Shown here piece after piece: positions 12,771-23,992 of a stretch of 64,000 nt of DNA. Source of the DNA: Mobula hypostoma. Taxonomy: Eukaryota. The position numbers and the translations under genes are program-made. The notes below the pieces were generated by a model that was not told where the DNA came from, did no database searches, and saw nothing but the letters and a program-made list of their open reading frames with translations. Numbering within the stretch: the first letter of the stretch is position 1; each line of letters starts with the position of its first letter. The DNA is taken from positions 100,070,001 to 100,134,000 of the forward strand of contig NC_086108.1 of assembly GCF_963921235.1 (NCBI RefSeq), read 5' to 3'.

Positions 12771-13564
12771 TTAAAGGAACAATATTTGGTTCAGAGAATA
12801 GGATAAAATTACCATCATTGAAGACATACCCAAGCATTGGAAAGCTGTTAGGGGGTGAAGCCACAAAGTTAACAGATTTCACAACATACGCCAGTGATAT
12901 TAAACATGATTCTGAATAATGATTATTATCTATCTCACCCAAATTCTCCATGATCAAGGATCAACTTTATTCGCCATATATATATTTATATTTATTCAGA
13001 ATTTGCTGTGGTGTGTTGGTGTGACATGCATCAAAAATCAACAACTTTCAACAATGATAAGATTAAAGGAATATATAAAAATAAAGTTAGAGGTTGAAGT
13101 ATGGACATGGAACAAAATGAGCATAAGTACAGAAATTCCAATGTAAACAGCATTATGAACGTGGTTTAATGTGTTCCACTGCTGTGCAGTGATAGGGGTA
13201 ATAGATAGAGAAGGGGTAGGGGAACTAACTCAGATGGTTGGCCAGATTAACCGCCTGGTTTAAGAAACTTATAAAATGGTGTGAAGTTTTTATTTTAATA
13301 ACTCTATAGTGCTTTCCAGAAAGGAGCTTTTGGAAAAGGCAGTTTGCTGGTAGTCTCCACAATGATTTTTCCTGCCAGCTTCCCTATCGTTTAAGTGCAA
13401 TCTAGAGGCAATTGGGTAAGGTGTATAATTGATGTCTATATCAGCATTAGTTGATAGGTTTTGTTACTCATGAGAAAACATGGAATGGTCCAGGTATATG
13501 AGAAAGACAAGATATTAGGATAAGGATTGCTACTCGTGGTATGGCGCAAAGCCAATGTTAACTA

Positions 13565-14790
13565 ATGACTTTGTGGCCAAGCTTGCAAATGGTGATAGGT
13601 AGAGGGGCAGATAGTGTGGAGGAAGCAGGCAGTCTGCAGAAGGATTTAGACAGGTGTGTAAAAAGGTCCCGTAGGATCATTGGGGACCCAAGTCACCTCA
13701 GCCACAATCTATTCCAGCTGCTACCATCTGGGAAATGATACCGCAGCGTAAAAGCCTGGACCAACAGGCTCCGGGACAGCTTCTTCCACCAGGCAATCAG
13801 ACTGATTAACTCACGTTGATAAAAGAATATTCTATGTTACATTGACTGTTCTATTTATTATAATTTTTTATAAATTACTATGACTGCACATTGTACGTTT
13901 AGACGGAGACGTAACGTAAAGATTTTTGCTCCTCATAAATGTGAAGGATGTAAGAAATAAAGTAAATTCAGTTCAATTCAATAGATTAGGAGAATGGGCA
14001 AAGAAGTGGCAGATGGAGTACAGTGTAGGGAAGTGTACGGTCATGCACTTTGGTAGAAGGAATAAGGGCATATTCTATTCTAAGAGGGAATCAAATTCAG
14101 AAATCGGAGGTCCAAAGGTACTTGGGAGTCCTAGTGCAGCATTCCCTGAAGATGAACTTGTACGTTGAGTTGGTGGTAAGGAAGGCAAATACAAGGCTAG
14201 CAATCATTTCAAAAATACTAGAATGTAAAAGCAAGGATGTAATGCTGAGGCTTTAAAATACACTAGTCAGAGCACATTGAGCATATTGTGAGCAGTTTTG
14301 GGCCACTTATCTAAGAAAGGATGTGTCATTGAAGAGCCTATAGGAGGTTCACAAGAATGATCCCACGTATGAAAGGTTTAACATAAAAGGAGCGTTTGAT
14401 GGTTCTGGATGTTTATTTGCTCAAGTTTAGAAGAAGGGGAATCTCATTGAACCCTATTGAATATTGAAAACCAGTACAGAGCGGATGAGAAGAGAATGTC
14501 TCCTGTAGTAGGAAGAATGTCTCCTGTAATAGGAGAGTCTGGGGCAAGAGAGCACAGCCTCAGAACAGAGGAATTTCTTCAGCCAGAGAGTGACGAATCT
14601 GCGGAATACGTCGCCACTAATGGCTGTAGAGACTAAGTCAATTAGTACATTTAAAGGGAAGCCTCTTGATTAGTAAGCACGTCAAATTTTTCAGGGAAAA
14701 TGCAAAAGAATGGGGTTGAGAGTGCTAATAAATCAGCCACGATGGAATGGTGGCGGAGACTCGATGGGTCGAGTGACTTGTGGTATTTTG
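13565..14790 (+). mobile_element. CR1 LINE fragment interrupted by a Rex1 3' end (about 13654-13981)
   Basis: CR1 LQKDLD|RLGEWAKKWQMEY frame is split by a Rex1 segment (LFQLLPSGK...RLRDSFFHQAIRL) ending in (aattc)n. Confidence 0.8.
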
Positions 14791-15915
14791 ATCGGGGCAA
14801 AATGGCCGATTCTGGTCTAGCGATTCCCATGCAATTCTGCAAGAACCCTTTTTCTGTTAAGCTGACGTGGCAGGAAAACAAGAATATATGTTGAATAATG
14901 TTCCTTCAGTGTGTATTGGGGGGGGGGGTGGGAAACAAGCAAGAGAAGCCAGCCATCAGTTAGGTTAACACAGAACGCTGAGCACCCATGTCTGCACCAT
15001 CAGACTTAATACAGTGATGAATTATGAAGCAGACAGGAGCTTATCGTCTGAATGGGAAGACTGTCTTCCTGCTGGCTGTCCTGCTCTGTCAACTAGCTTT
15101 TCTTAAATTATCCGTACCCTTATAACAATCCTATTACAATCGTGCAGAAATATCACCAACACGCAACTTTAATGGATAGGGCAATGTTAGTCAGTGCATT
15201 GAACACAGGAAAATCAGGAGGAAAATATCACAAGTAGCAATACTGATGGACTGAGTTTTGGTACAGTATGTCGCTTGTCTGGGTGACAGCTGTTTTCACA
15301 GCTATAATTCTAATGAAAGGAGAACTTATTAAAATACCTTTCCTGTCACTTTCAGATAATCACATGTTTCATAGTCAATATAGAGTACTGTGCTAAAGCC
15401 TTAGGCACATATATAGGCACTGTCATAATTATTGTCGAAGTATGGATGTATAATAGAACTTTGATATTTGTCTTCTCCAGATAGCCGTTAAATGCAGAAA
15501 TACCATGGGCATTGTTGAAAGAAAAGACATCAACTCCCCTCCCCCCAACTGGCATGAAAAAGAAAAGAGACAAAACTCGCAGACCCCAGAATCCACCTCC
15601 CCACCCCGCCGGCAGCAAAAAAAACCAGCCACAATAACATCCACTGACCCCCTACACATAACAATCCCAGACCCCCTCACTTGCAGAAAAGAACAGAGAC
15701 GGTAGCTCCAAACCTCCAACTCCCTCTCTTACACACAGAAAAAAAATAACAGGTCACCCACCCGCCAATCAACCATGAGAATGAAAACACCAAAAGTCTG
15801 AAGGAAACCAATATAGAGTATAGTCCAATAATACAGCCCTTTATGTTATTTTAACATTACAGGTCAAACACTAAGTCACTGATGGGGAGGATAGTGGGGG
15901 TACTTCTCAACACAA

Positions 15916-16046
15916 TTCTAACCAGGGGCAAGTGTAACCAGGGGCAAGTTCTCTACATAGGGTTAAGTTCTAACCAAGTGCAAGTTCTAACCAGGGGGAT
16001 AGTTCTAACCAGGGACAAGTCTAACCAGGGGCAAGTTCTAACTGGG
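15916..16046. repeat. Minisatellite, unit of about 17 bp (gttctaaccaggggcaa), about 7-8 imperfect copies
   Basis: Directly visible tandem units. Confidence 0.85.
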
Positions 16047-16476
16047 GAGGCAACTCTCAACACAGAATATTCTTTCTTAGAGGCAAGTTCTCAACATTCT
16101 GTGTCAGTTCTCACACAGAATATTTTTCCTTAGAGGCGAGGGTGGAAGCTGCTCGGCAACAGCTGACTTTTCTGCGGTGAAGCTGTGGAATTCATTGCCA
16201 CGGACAGCTGTGGAGGCTGAGTCATTGGGTATATTTACATAAAGTGGAGGTTGACAGGTTCTTGTTTAGTAAGGGTTCTCAAACTGCCTCCTAGTTTTTA
16301 ATTCCTCTTCCCTGGGAAAAGAAGTGTGTGAATTCACCCGATCTATGCCCGTTTTGATCTTATACACCTATGTAAGGTCACTCCTCATTCTCTTACACTC
16401 CAAGCAATATCCATGTCATATTATTATTAATCCGAATCAGAATCAGGTTTAATATCACCAGCATATGTCATGGAAA

Positions 16477-16477
16477 A

Positions 16478-16520
<43 letters not shown>
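16477..16520. repeat. (GA)n microsatellite inside a minus-strand Rex1 3' fragment (about 16430-16885)
   Basis: Visible repeat. Flanking YRCTVESILTGCITVWYG on the minus strand. Confidence 0.9.
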
Positions 16521-16522
<2 letters not shown>

Positions 16523-17189
16523 TTAAATTAAATAATTAGTGCATAAAAGTATGAGGTCGTTTCATGGGTTCAATGTCCATTCTGAAATCGGATGGCAGAG
16601 GGGAAGAAGCTATTCCTAAATTGCTGAGTGTGTGTTTTCAGGCTCCTGTACCTCCTTTCTGATTATAATAATGAGAAGGGGACATGGCCTGAGTGATTAG
16701 GGTCCTCAATGAAGGACGCTGTCTTTTTGAGACACTGCTCCTCGAAGGCATGCCGGGGAGACTGGTGCCCATGATGGCAATCAACTTTCTGCAGTTTATT
16801 TTCAATCTGTGCAGCAGCCCTCCCCTCTCCCACCATACCAGACGGTGATGCAGCCAGTCAGAATGCTCTCCACAGTACATCTGTATGTAATGTTGTTGTT
16901 TCCCTGGTATTTTTTTGTTATCAAAACTGGGAAAGTTTGTCTTGTTGGCTTTGCCAACCATATCATTAATTCTTGTCCGAAAGATATGCTTAGTAGTGAC
17001 AAAGCATCTGTTCTCACACTCCCATTCATAACCTTGATTACAAATTTAACCTTCCAGACATATAGCTATAATTAAGGAGGAAAGAAGCCTCTAATGTGCT
17101 GAACTGAAAGTCTATGGCATTAAATCCATGAGGCAAATTTAGAGCCAAGTATTTAAGTTGACAAAAAACACTTTATAGAAAGTTGGACA

Positions 17190-17725
17190 GAACATAGTGA
17201 GACAGTATTATAGCACCAGGCACCCGGTTTCAATTCTGCCACTGTCTATAAAGATTTTGTCCATTCTCCCCATGACCGCATGGGTTTCCTCTGGGTGCTC
17301 GATTTTCATCCACATTCCAAAGATGGTCGGGTTAGTAGGTTAATGGGGCTACTACTACTACAACGTCGACTCAGGCCTAGGGAGCCGGGTCAGGGCCAGG
17401 GCCTTGCCTTGCTACTGGTACCACGTAGCCCAGTACTACCTGGCTCAGGTCGGGTTGTCGGCGACTCAACGGGCACGGCCCCTGGTGCACTTCGGTTAAC
17501 CAGGGAGGAGGGTGTGTCGGCACCCAGCAGGACTAAAAACAAAACCCGTCAAAGTCCGGATAAACTGTTTGTGACAACAGCCACCTACTGTCTGTGTGAG
17601 GAGTGGCGCGCCACACAGTCTTTCGTTTCGTGCCTTGTAGGGCAAGTTAATGGGGCACATCGGTATAATTGGGTGGCACAGGCTCGTTGGGCTAGAAAGG
17701 CATGTTACTATATTGCATCTCGAAA
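17190..17725 (+). mobile_element. V-SINE split by a 296-bp insertion
   Basis: V-domain gcatgggtttcctctgggtgctc. The body resumes after 17656. Confidence 0.7.
17350..17645 (-). mobile_element. CpG-rich short non-LTR retroposon with (GTA)n tail and 11-bp TSD, probably RTE-mobilised
   Basis: TSD gttaatggggc at 17339-17349 and 17646-17656. Minus strand ends gagtcgacgttgtagtagtagta. Confidence 0.7.
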
Positions 17726-18127
17726 TTAGATAGATAAATAATAAATTAACTAATAAACAAATAGATTGATGAATAAATAAATAAATGCATAGGGTAAATA
17801 AATGGATAAATAAATAAGACAACCACATATTTTAATGGACTGACTTTAGCACTGATCCATCATTCTGAAATTCATTCCCAATTTTATGAACTGTCTGTGT
17901 TAGAAACCTATTCTAGTGCCCCCTATTCACTATGTTTTAACAGCTTTGGCCTCAGTGAAAGAGACAGACAGGAAACAGAAGATTAGATCCAAGACTAATA
18001 TCTTGAAACATAAATGACTCAGGCCTATACTTCCTGATGGCTGAGTTGTTCACAAATATAGTACAGTCTATGCTGAGAATGTACTTGTCTGCATGAGCTG
18101 ACACTTGATGAAAAACTAGAGGAGCCA

Positions 18128-18283
18128 AACACAGAAAATGCTAGAGAACCTTTCTTCAGGACCCTTCTTGGCCCATATACCCCTCGATGCCCTTCTATCG
18201 ACACTGCCTGACCTGGTGAGTTCCTTCAGCATTTTATATGTGTTGCTCTAGATTTGCAGCATCTGCAGAATCTTTTATGCTTA
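18128..18283. mobile_element. Short decayed Penelope-derived palindromic element
   Basis: acacagaaaatgct ... agcattttatatgtgttgctctagatttgcagcatctgcagaatc. Confidence 0.65.
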
Positions 18284-18534
18284 TGAAAGACTATAGGATG
18301 CTGCTTTGCCAGAGTTCATGTGGTGGAAGGAATCCAACCGTCCAAGCACCTTTCCAGTGATAATCCTTGGCAATCCTTTCAATTTCATCCCCAATCCCAA
18401 TCTCAATCATGAATCATCTGGATGTTGTTAGGGTATGAAGAGATTCACAATACCAAATTTGGTGGAGTTTCTTGGCTTACAATATCAAGGTCAAGGCGCA
18501 AAACATAGTACCAACAATCACCCATAGCACAAGG

Positions 18535-20560
18535 CACAAGTATAACAGGTTATTAAGAAGGCAAACGGAATGTTGGCATTCATCGCTAGACGGATTGAAT
18601 TCAAAAGCAGGGAGGTCATGCTGCAACTATACAGGGTACTGGTGAGACCGCACCTAGAGGACTGTGTGCATTTCTGGTCTCCATACCTGAGGAAGGATAT
18701 ACTGGCTTTGGAGGCAATGCAAAGGAGGTTCACCAGGTTGATCCCAGAGATGAAGGTGGAAGACGTCCCTATGCCAAAGACGCCGCGCCCCAGCGGCCTC
18801 AGTGACTACAGACCGGTGGCATTGACCTCCCACATCATGAAGACCCTGGAGAGACTTGTTCTGGAGCTGCTCCGGCCTATGGTCAGGCCACACTTAGATC
18901 CCCTCCAGTTCGCCTATCAGCCCCGACTAGGAGTTGAGGATGTTATCTTCTACCTGCTGAACCGTGTCTATGCCCACCTGGACAAGCCAGCGAGCACTGT
19001 GAGGGTTATGTTTTTTGACTTCTCCAGTACGTTCAACACCATCCGCCCTGCTCTGCTGGGGGAGAAGCTGACAGCGATGCAGGTGGATGCTTTCCTGGTG
19101 TCATGGATTCTTGATTACCTGACTGGCAGACCACAGTATGTGCACTTGCAATGCTGTGTGTCCGACAGAGTGATCAGCAGTACTGGGGCTCCACAGGGGA
19201 CTGCCTTGTCTCCCTTTCTCTTCACCATTTACACCTCAGACTTCAAATACTGCACAGAGTCTTGTCATCTTCAGAAGTTTTCTGATGACTCTGCCATAGT
19301 TGGATGCATCAGCAAGGGAGATGAGGCTGAGTACAGGGCTACGGTAGGAAACTTTGTTACATGATGTGAGCAGAAACTTTGTTAAAAAGACTAAGGAACT
19401 GGTGGTAGACCTGAGGAGAGCTAAGGTACCGGCGACCCCTGTTTCCATCCAGGGGGTCAGTGTGGACATGGTGGAAGATTACAAATACCTGGGGATACGA
19501 ATTGACAATAAACTGGACTGGTCAAAGAACATTGAAGCAGTCTACAAGAAGGTTCAGAGCCATCTGTATTTCCTGAGGAGACTGAGATCCTTTAAAATCA
19601 GCCGGACGATGCAAAGGATGTTCTACGAGTCTGTGGAGGCCAGTGCGATCATGTTTGCTGTTGTGTGCTGGGGCAGCAGGCTGAGGGTAGCAGACACCAA
19701 CAGAATTAACAAACTCATTCGTAAGGCCAGTGATGTTGTGGGGATGGAACTGGACTCTCTGACGGTGGTGTCTGAAAAAAGGATGCTGTCCAAGTTGCAT
19801 GCCATCTTGGACAAGTCTCCCGTCCACTACATAATGTACTGGGTGGGCACAGGAGTACATTCAGCCAGAGACTCATTCCACTGAGATGCAACACAGAGCG
19901 TCATAGGAGGTCATCCCTGCCTGTGGCCATCAAACTTTACAACTCCTCCCTTGGAGGGTCAGACACCCTGAGCCAATAGGCTGGTCCTGGACTTATTTCC
20001 TGGCATAATTTACATATTACTATTTAACTATTTATGGTTTTATTACTATTTAATTATTGATGGTGCAACTGTAACGAAAACCAATTTCCCTCGGGATCAA
20101 TAAAGTATGACTATGACTATGATTTATGAGGCGAGATTGAGTCACCTAGGATTATACTCTCTAAAATACTGAAGAATGAGAGGGGATCTTATAGAAACAA
20201 ACAAAATTTTGAAAGGGATAGATAAGTGGTAGGTGAGACTAGAACTAGGGGACATTGCCTCAAGATTCAAGGGAGAAGATTTAGGACAGAGATAAGGAGA
20301 AACTGTTTATCCCAGAGAGTGGTGTATCTGTGGAATTCTTTGCCCAGGGAAGCAGTTGAAGCTTCTTCACTAGATATATTTAAGATACAGTTAAATAGAT
20401 TTTTACATAGTAGGGGAATTAAGGGTTATGGGGAAAAGGCAGGTAGATGGAGCTGAGCTTATGGACAGATCAGCCATGATCTTATTGAATGGCAAGCAGG
20501 CTCGATGGGCCAGGTGGCCTACTCCTGCTCCTATTTCTTATGTTCTTATGTATAGTAAGA
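18535..20560 (+). mobile_element. CR1 LINE 3' portion, split by a Rex1 insertion
   Basis: MLAFIARRIEFKSREVMLQLYRVLVRPHLE...LIPEMK before 18755. YEARLSHLGLYSL and QRVVYLWNSLP after 20122. (ttcttatg)n tail. Confidence 0.85.
18756..20121 (+). mobile_element. 5'-truncated Rex1/Babar LINE with RT domain
   Basis: DYRPVALTSHIMKTLERL, LDPLQFAY, VRVMFFDFSSTFNTI, GAPQGTALSP, KFSDDSAIVG. Stop and frameshift near 19364. aataaa followed by (tatgac)n tail. Confidence 0.92.
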
Positions 20561-21152
20561 TAACTTGGAAACCTTCCAAGGCGCAAATCCATGGTCTCAC
20601 GAGACTAACGGATGCCTATAATAAGATAGCATACACATATAATATATCAGTAAAATACAGTCACACAAAACAAACTATAGTCCAAGATCCTGAGTCCATG
20701 AATGTTGCAGAAATCTGCAGCCGAACACAATACAGCTTGCCTTCTGCTGAGCAAACACTGGCAGTTCCTCTTCCCTCCTCAGAATCTCTTATGACAGACT
20801 ACGTGTCTGTTTTGGAAATACGGTGATGGGTATTTGAATAGCATTGCTGTTCAATAGCAGAGCAAAGTGATAGTTTGTCCATGGACTAGATGGGCTAAAA
20901 GAGCCTGTTGCTGTGCTGTAGTGGTGTATTACTGGAGCGAGTTAAGAATTATTAGGGCCTCAGTATTAGGGTGGGTGCAACCCTAGGAGAGGTCTCTGAT
21001 ATTGGTTCACCTATCCTATCATGGATTTGAACTATTTTACAGATGTAGAGTTGGTGATATCTTTGCATTGTTCTGAGGTGTCTGCTGCCCGTTTTTCTGA
21101 AGTGCCCTCCTGACACTTGTTACAGGAATATTGCGCACCTCTCCATCATCTG

Positions 21153-21895
21153 GTGGAGCATCGTTCGGTGCTCCCGATGTGGCCTTCTATATATTGGCGA
21201 GACCCGACGCAGGCTGGGAGACCATTTCGCTGAATACCTACACTCTGTCCGCCAGAGAAAGCAGGATCTCCCAGTGGCCATGCATTTTAATTCCACGTCC
21301 CATTCTCATTCTGATATGTCTGTCCACGGCCTCCTCTACTGTCAAGATGAAGCCACACTCAGGTTGGAGGAACAACACATTATATTCCGTCTGGGTAGCC
21401 TCCAACCTGATGGCTTGAACATTGACTTCTCCAACTTCCGTTAATGCCCCACCTCCCCCTCGTACCCCATCCGTTATTTATTTATTTATTTTTATTATCA
21501 AAAAATTTTTCTCTCCTTTTTCTCCCTCTGTCCCTCTCACTATACTCCTTGCCCATCCTCTGGGCCTCCCCCTGCCCCCTCTCTTTCTCCCTAGGCCTCC
21601 CGTCCCATGATCCTCTCCCTTCTCCAGCCTCGCATCCCTTTTGCCAATCAACTTTCCAGCTCTTAGCTCCATCCCTCCCCCTCCTGTCTTCCCCTATCAT
21701 TTCGGATCTCACCCTCCTCCTCCCACTTTCAAATCTCTTACTATCTCTTCTTTCAGTTAGTCCTGCCAAAGGGTCTCGGCCCGAAATGTCAACTGTACCT
21801 CTTCCTATATGCTGATATATTTGCTTTGTTCTGAGGTGTCTGTTGATGCTGCCCGGCCTGCTGCATTCACCAGCAATTTTTGTGTGTGTTGCTGC
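21153..21895 (+). mobile_element. 5'-truncated Neptune Penelope-like element (GIY-YIG C-terminal half plus terminal repeat)
   Basis: VRCSRCGLLYIGETRRRLGD...LRLEEQHIIFRLGSLQPDGLNIDFSNFR*. Decayed hammerhead at 21759-21794. 10-bp flanking direct repeat ccatcatctg at 21143-21152 and 21896-21905. Confidence 0.9.
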
Positions 21896-22054
21896 CCATC
21901 ATCTGCTTGTGTTTTTGAGCCTCTCAACACTTTAATACTTTGCTCCTTCTTGTGGTAAATTACCAACACACGGGACACAAACCTAGGTGCATACTCCATT
22001 CTGTCTAGACGTTGGTCAATTTGGCTTACACTCAGTGAGCAGAAAGACATTTTC

Positions 22055-22432
22055 AAATACAAGAAAATCTGCAGATACTGAAAATCTAGGACAATGCACA
22101 CAAAGTGCTGGAGGAACTCAAAGCAGTTCAGTCAGCATCTATGGAAATGAGAAAACAGTCAATGTTTTGGGCCAAGAACCTTCTTGAGGGACTGAGAGGA
22201 AAGAGGGGAGATACCTGAATTAAAAGTTTGGGGAGAGGAAAGATGGTAGCTGGAAGGTGATAGGTGAAGCCAGGTGGGTGGAAAAGGTCCAGGGCTGGAG
22301 AAGAAAGAATCTGATAGGAGAGGAGAGTAGGCAATAGGAGAAGGGGAAGGAAGAGGGTCCTGAGAGGGAATATAAACATTGACTTTTTTCCACAGATGCT
22401 GCCAGATCTGAGGAGTTCCTCCAGCATTTTGT
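22055..22432. mobile_element. Older Penelope-derived asymmetric fold-back element
   Basis: aatctgcagatactgaaaatc...acaaagtgctggaggaactc ... gagttcctccagcattttgtg. Decayed hammerhead on the minus strand at about 22157-22192. Confidence 0.7.
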
Positions 22433-23011
22433 GAGGATTAGATTATTAGATTAGATTAGATTATTTTATTAGATATTTTATTTGCTATCCTTCATCGCTT
22501 TCACCTTGCCTTATGCAGGAATAGTTGCAGCCAACTGCAGGAAGATAATCACCAGTCTGCGAAAATCAATCAAATTTTAACAGCATCATTGTCTGCTGTT
22601 CAATACAATGAAGTCTTTAAAATATAGAATGCACTGGGATAGTGGGGTTTCTCAATGATGTTGGTGGGTTACTTTGCTGCATTCAGTGGTAATAGATATT
22701 CAAAGGAAGCTGTGTTGGCAATTCTAAAGCCTCATGTTTCAGTTCTAATTTCTTGCCAGTGAGGTATTTTTGTACCACATAATTGTGTTGTGATTAGTGC
22801 CAAGCGAAAATGTCAAAGCGACCTGCACTTGATCAATTCAATAAGGCTGGCCTTGGATTCCTTGCAAGTTGCCAGATTTCTCTGTTTACAAAGAAATCAA
22901 AACCTGAGCTGACAAAATAAAAACGTGGATCAGAGCCAAGTCATTGGCGTTGGAACTATAATGGTACACCGTTGTCTTTGACTTCAACGAGCTGGGTCAA
23001 CTTAGAGTAAA

Positions 23012-23102
23012 GTTCTGAAGATGGGTCTCAGCCTAAACATCGACTGTTTATTCATTTCCATAGGCCCGACCTGCTGAGTTCCTCTTGCACTTTGTGTTTG
23101 TT
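23012..23102 (+). mobile_element. 91-bp hammerhead-plus-arm insert with 13-bp TSD
   Basis: Starts (a)gttCTGAAGAtgggtctcagcctAAAcaTCgact. TSD aacttagagtaaa (22999-23011) and aacttagattaaa (23103-23115). Confidence 0.7.
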
Positions 23103-23179
23103 AACTTAGATTAAAATTGTTCTCCAGATTCCAATGTATTGGTAATCTCTTCTATATCTTCCTTCTAAGTCTGTAAAAA

Positions 23180-23992
23180 GACTTTAAACAGATTAGGGGA
23201 ATGGGCAAAGAAGTAGCAGATGCAATACACCGTAGGAAGTATACAGTTATATACGATGGTGGAAGGAATGAAGGCTTAGAATAAAGGGAAAGCAAATTCA
23301 GAAATCAGAGGTGTAAGAGGTGAATCCTTGTGCAGGATTCCCTAAGATTAACTTGCAGGTTGAGTTGGTAGTGAGGACGGCAAATGCCATGTTATCATTC
23401 ATTTCAAGAGGATTAGAATATAAAACCAAGGATGTAATGCTGAGGCTTTATAACATATTGGTCACACCAAACTTGGGACACTGAGCAGTTTTATGCCCCT
23501 TTTCTAAGAAAGTTTGTGCTGGCATTAGAGAGGGTTTGGAGGAGGCTCATGAAAATTATCCTGGGAATTAAAGTGTTAATGTATGAGGTGCATTTAATAG
23601 CTCTGGGCCCGTACCTGCTGAAGTTTAGAAGAATGAGGGGATATCTCATTGAAACCTATTGAATATTGAAAGGCCTAGACAGAGTGGATGTTTCCTATAC
23701 TGGGGAAGTTTAGGATCAGAGAGCATGGCTTCTGAATACAAGGGTGTTCTTTTAGAATAGAGATTGGGGGATTTCTTTAATCAGCAGGTAGGTGAATCTG
23801 TGGAGTTCATTGGAACAGACAGCTGGGTATATTGAAAGCAGAGATTTTTGCAGGTGCTTCATAAGTCAGGGTGTCAAAGGTTACGGGAAGAAGACAGAAG
23901 AATGGAGTTGAGAAGGATAATAAATCAGCCATGATAGAATGGTGGAGCAAATTTGATAGGCCGAATGGCCTACTACTGCTCCTATGTCTTAA
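23180..23992 (+). mobile_element. Decayed CR1 LINE 3' portion
   Basis: RLGEWAKK and MLSFISRGLEYK remnants, CR1 3' UTR. Confidence 0.75.

Noticed and set aside
15916..16046. CRISPR-like array
   Set aside because: The repeats are contiguous with no unique spacers, there are no cas genes, and the context is eukaryotic.
17480..17625. HDV-like ribozyme in the 296-bp insert
   Set aside because: TCCTC loop-like motifs exist, but I could not assemble consistent P1/P2/P3 pairings by eye.
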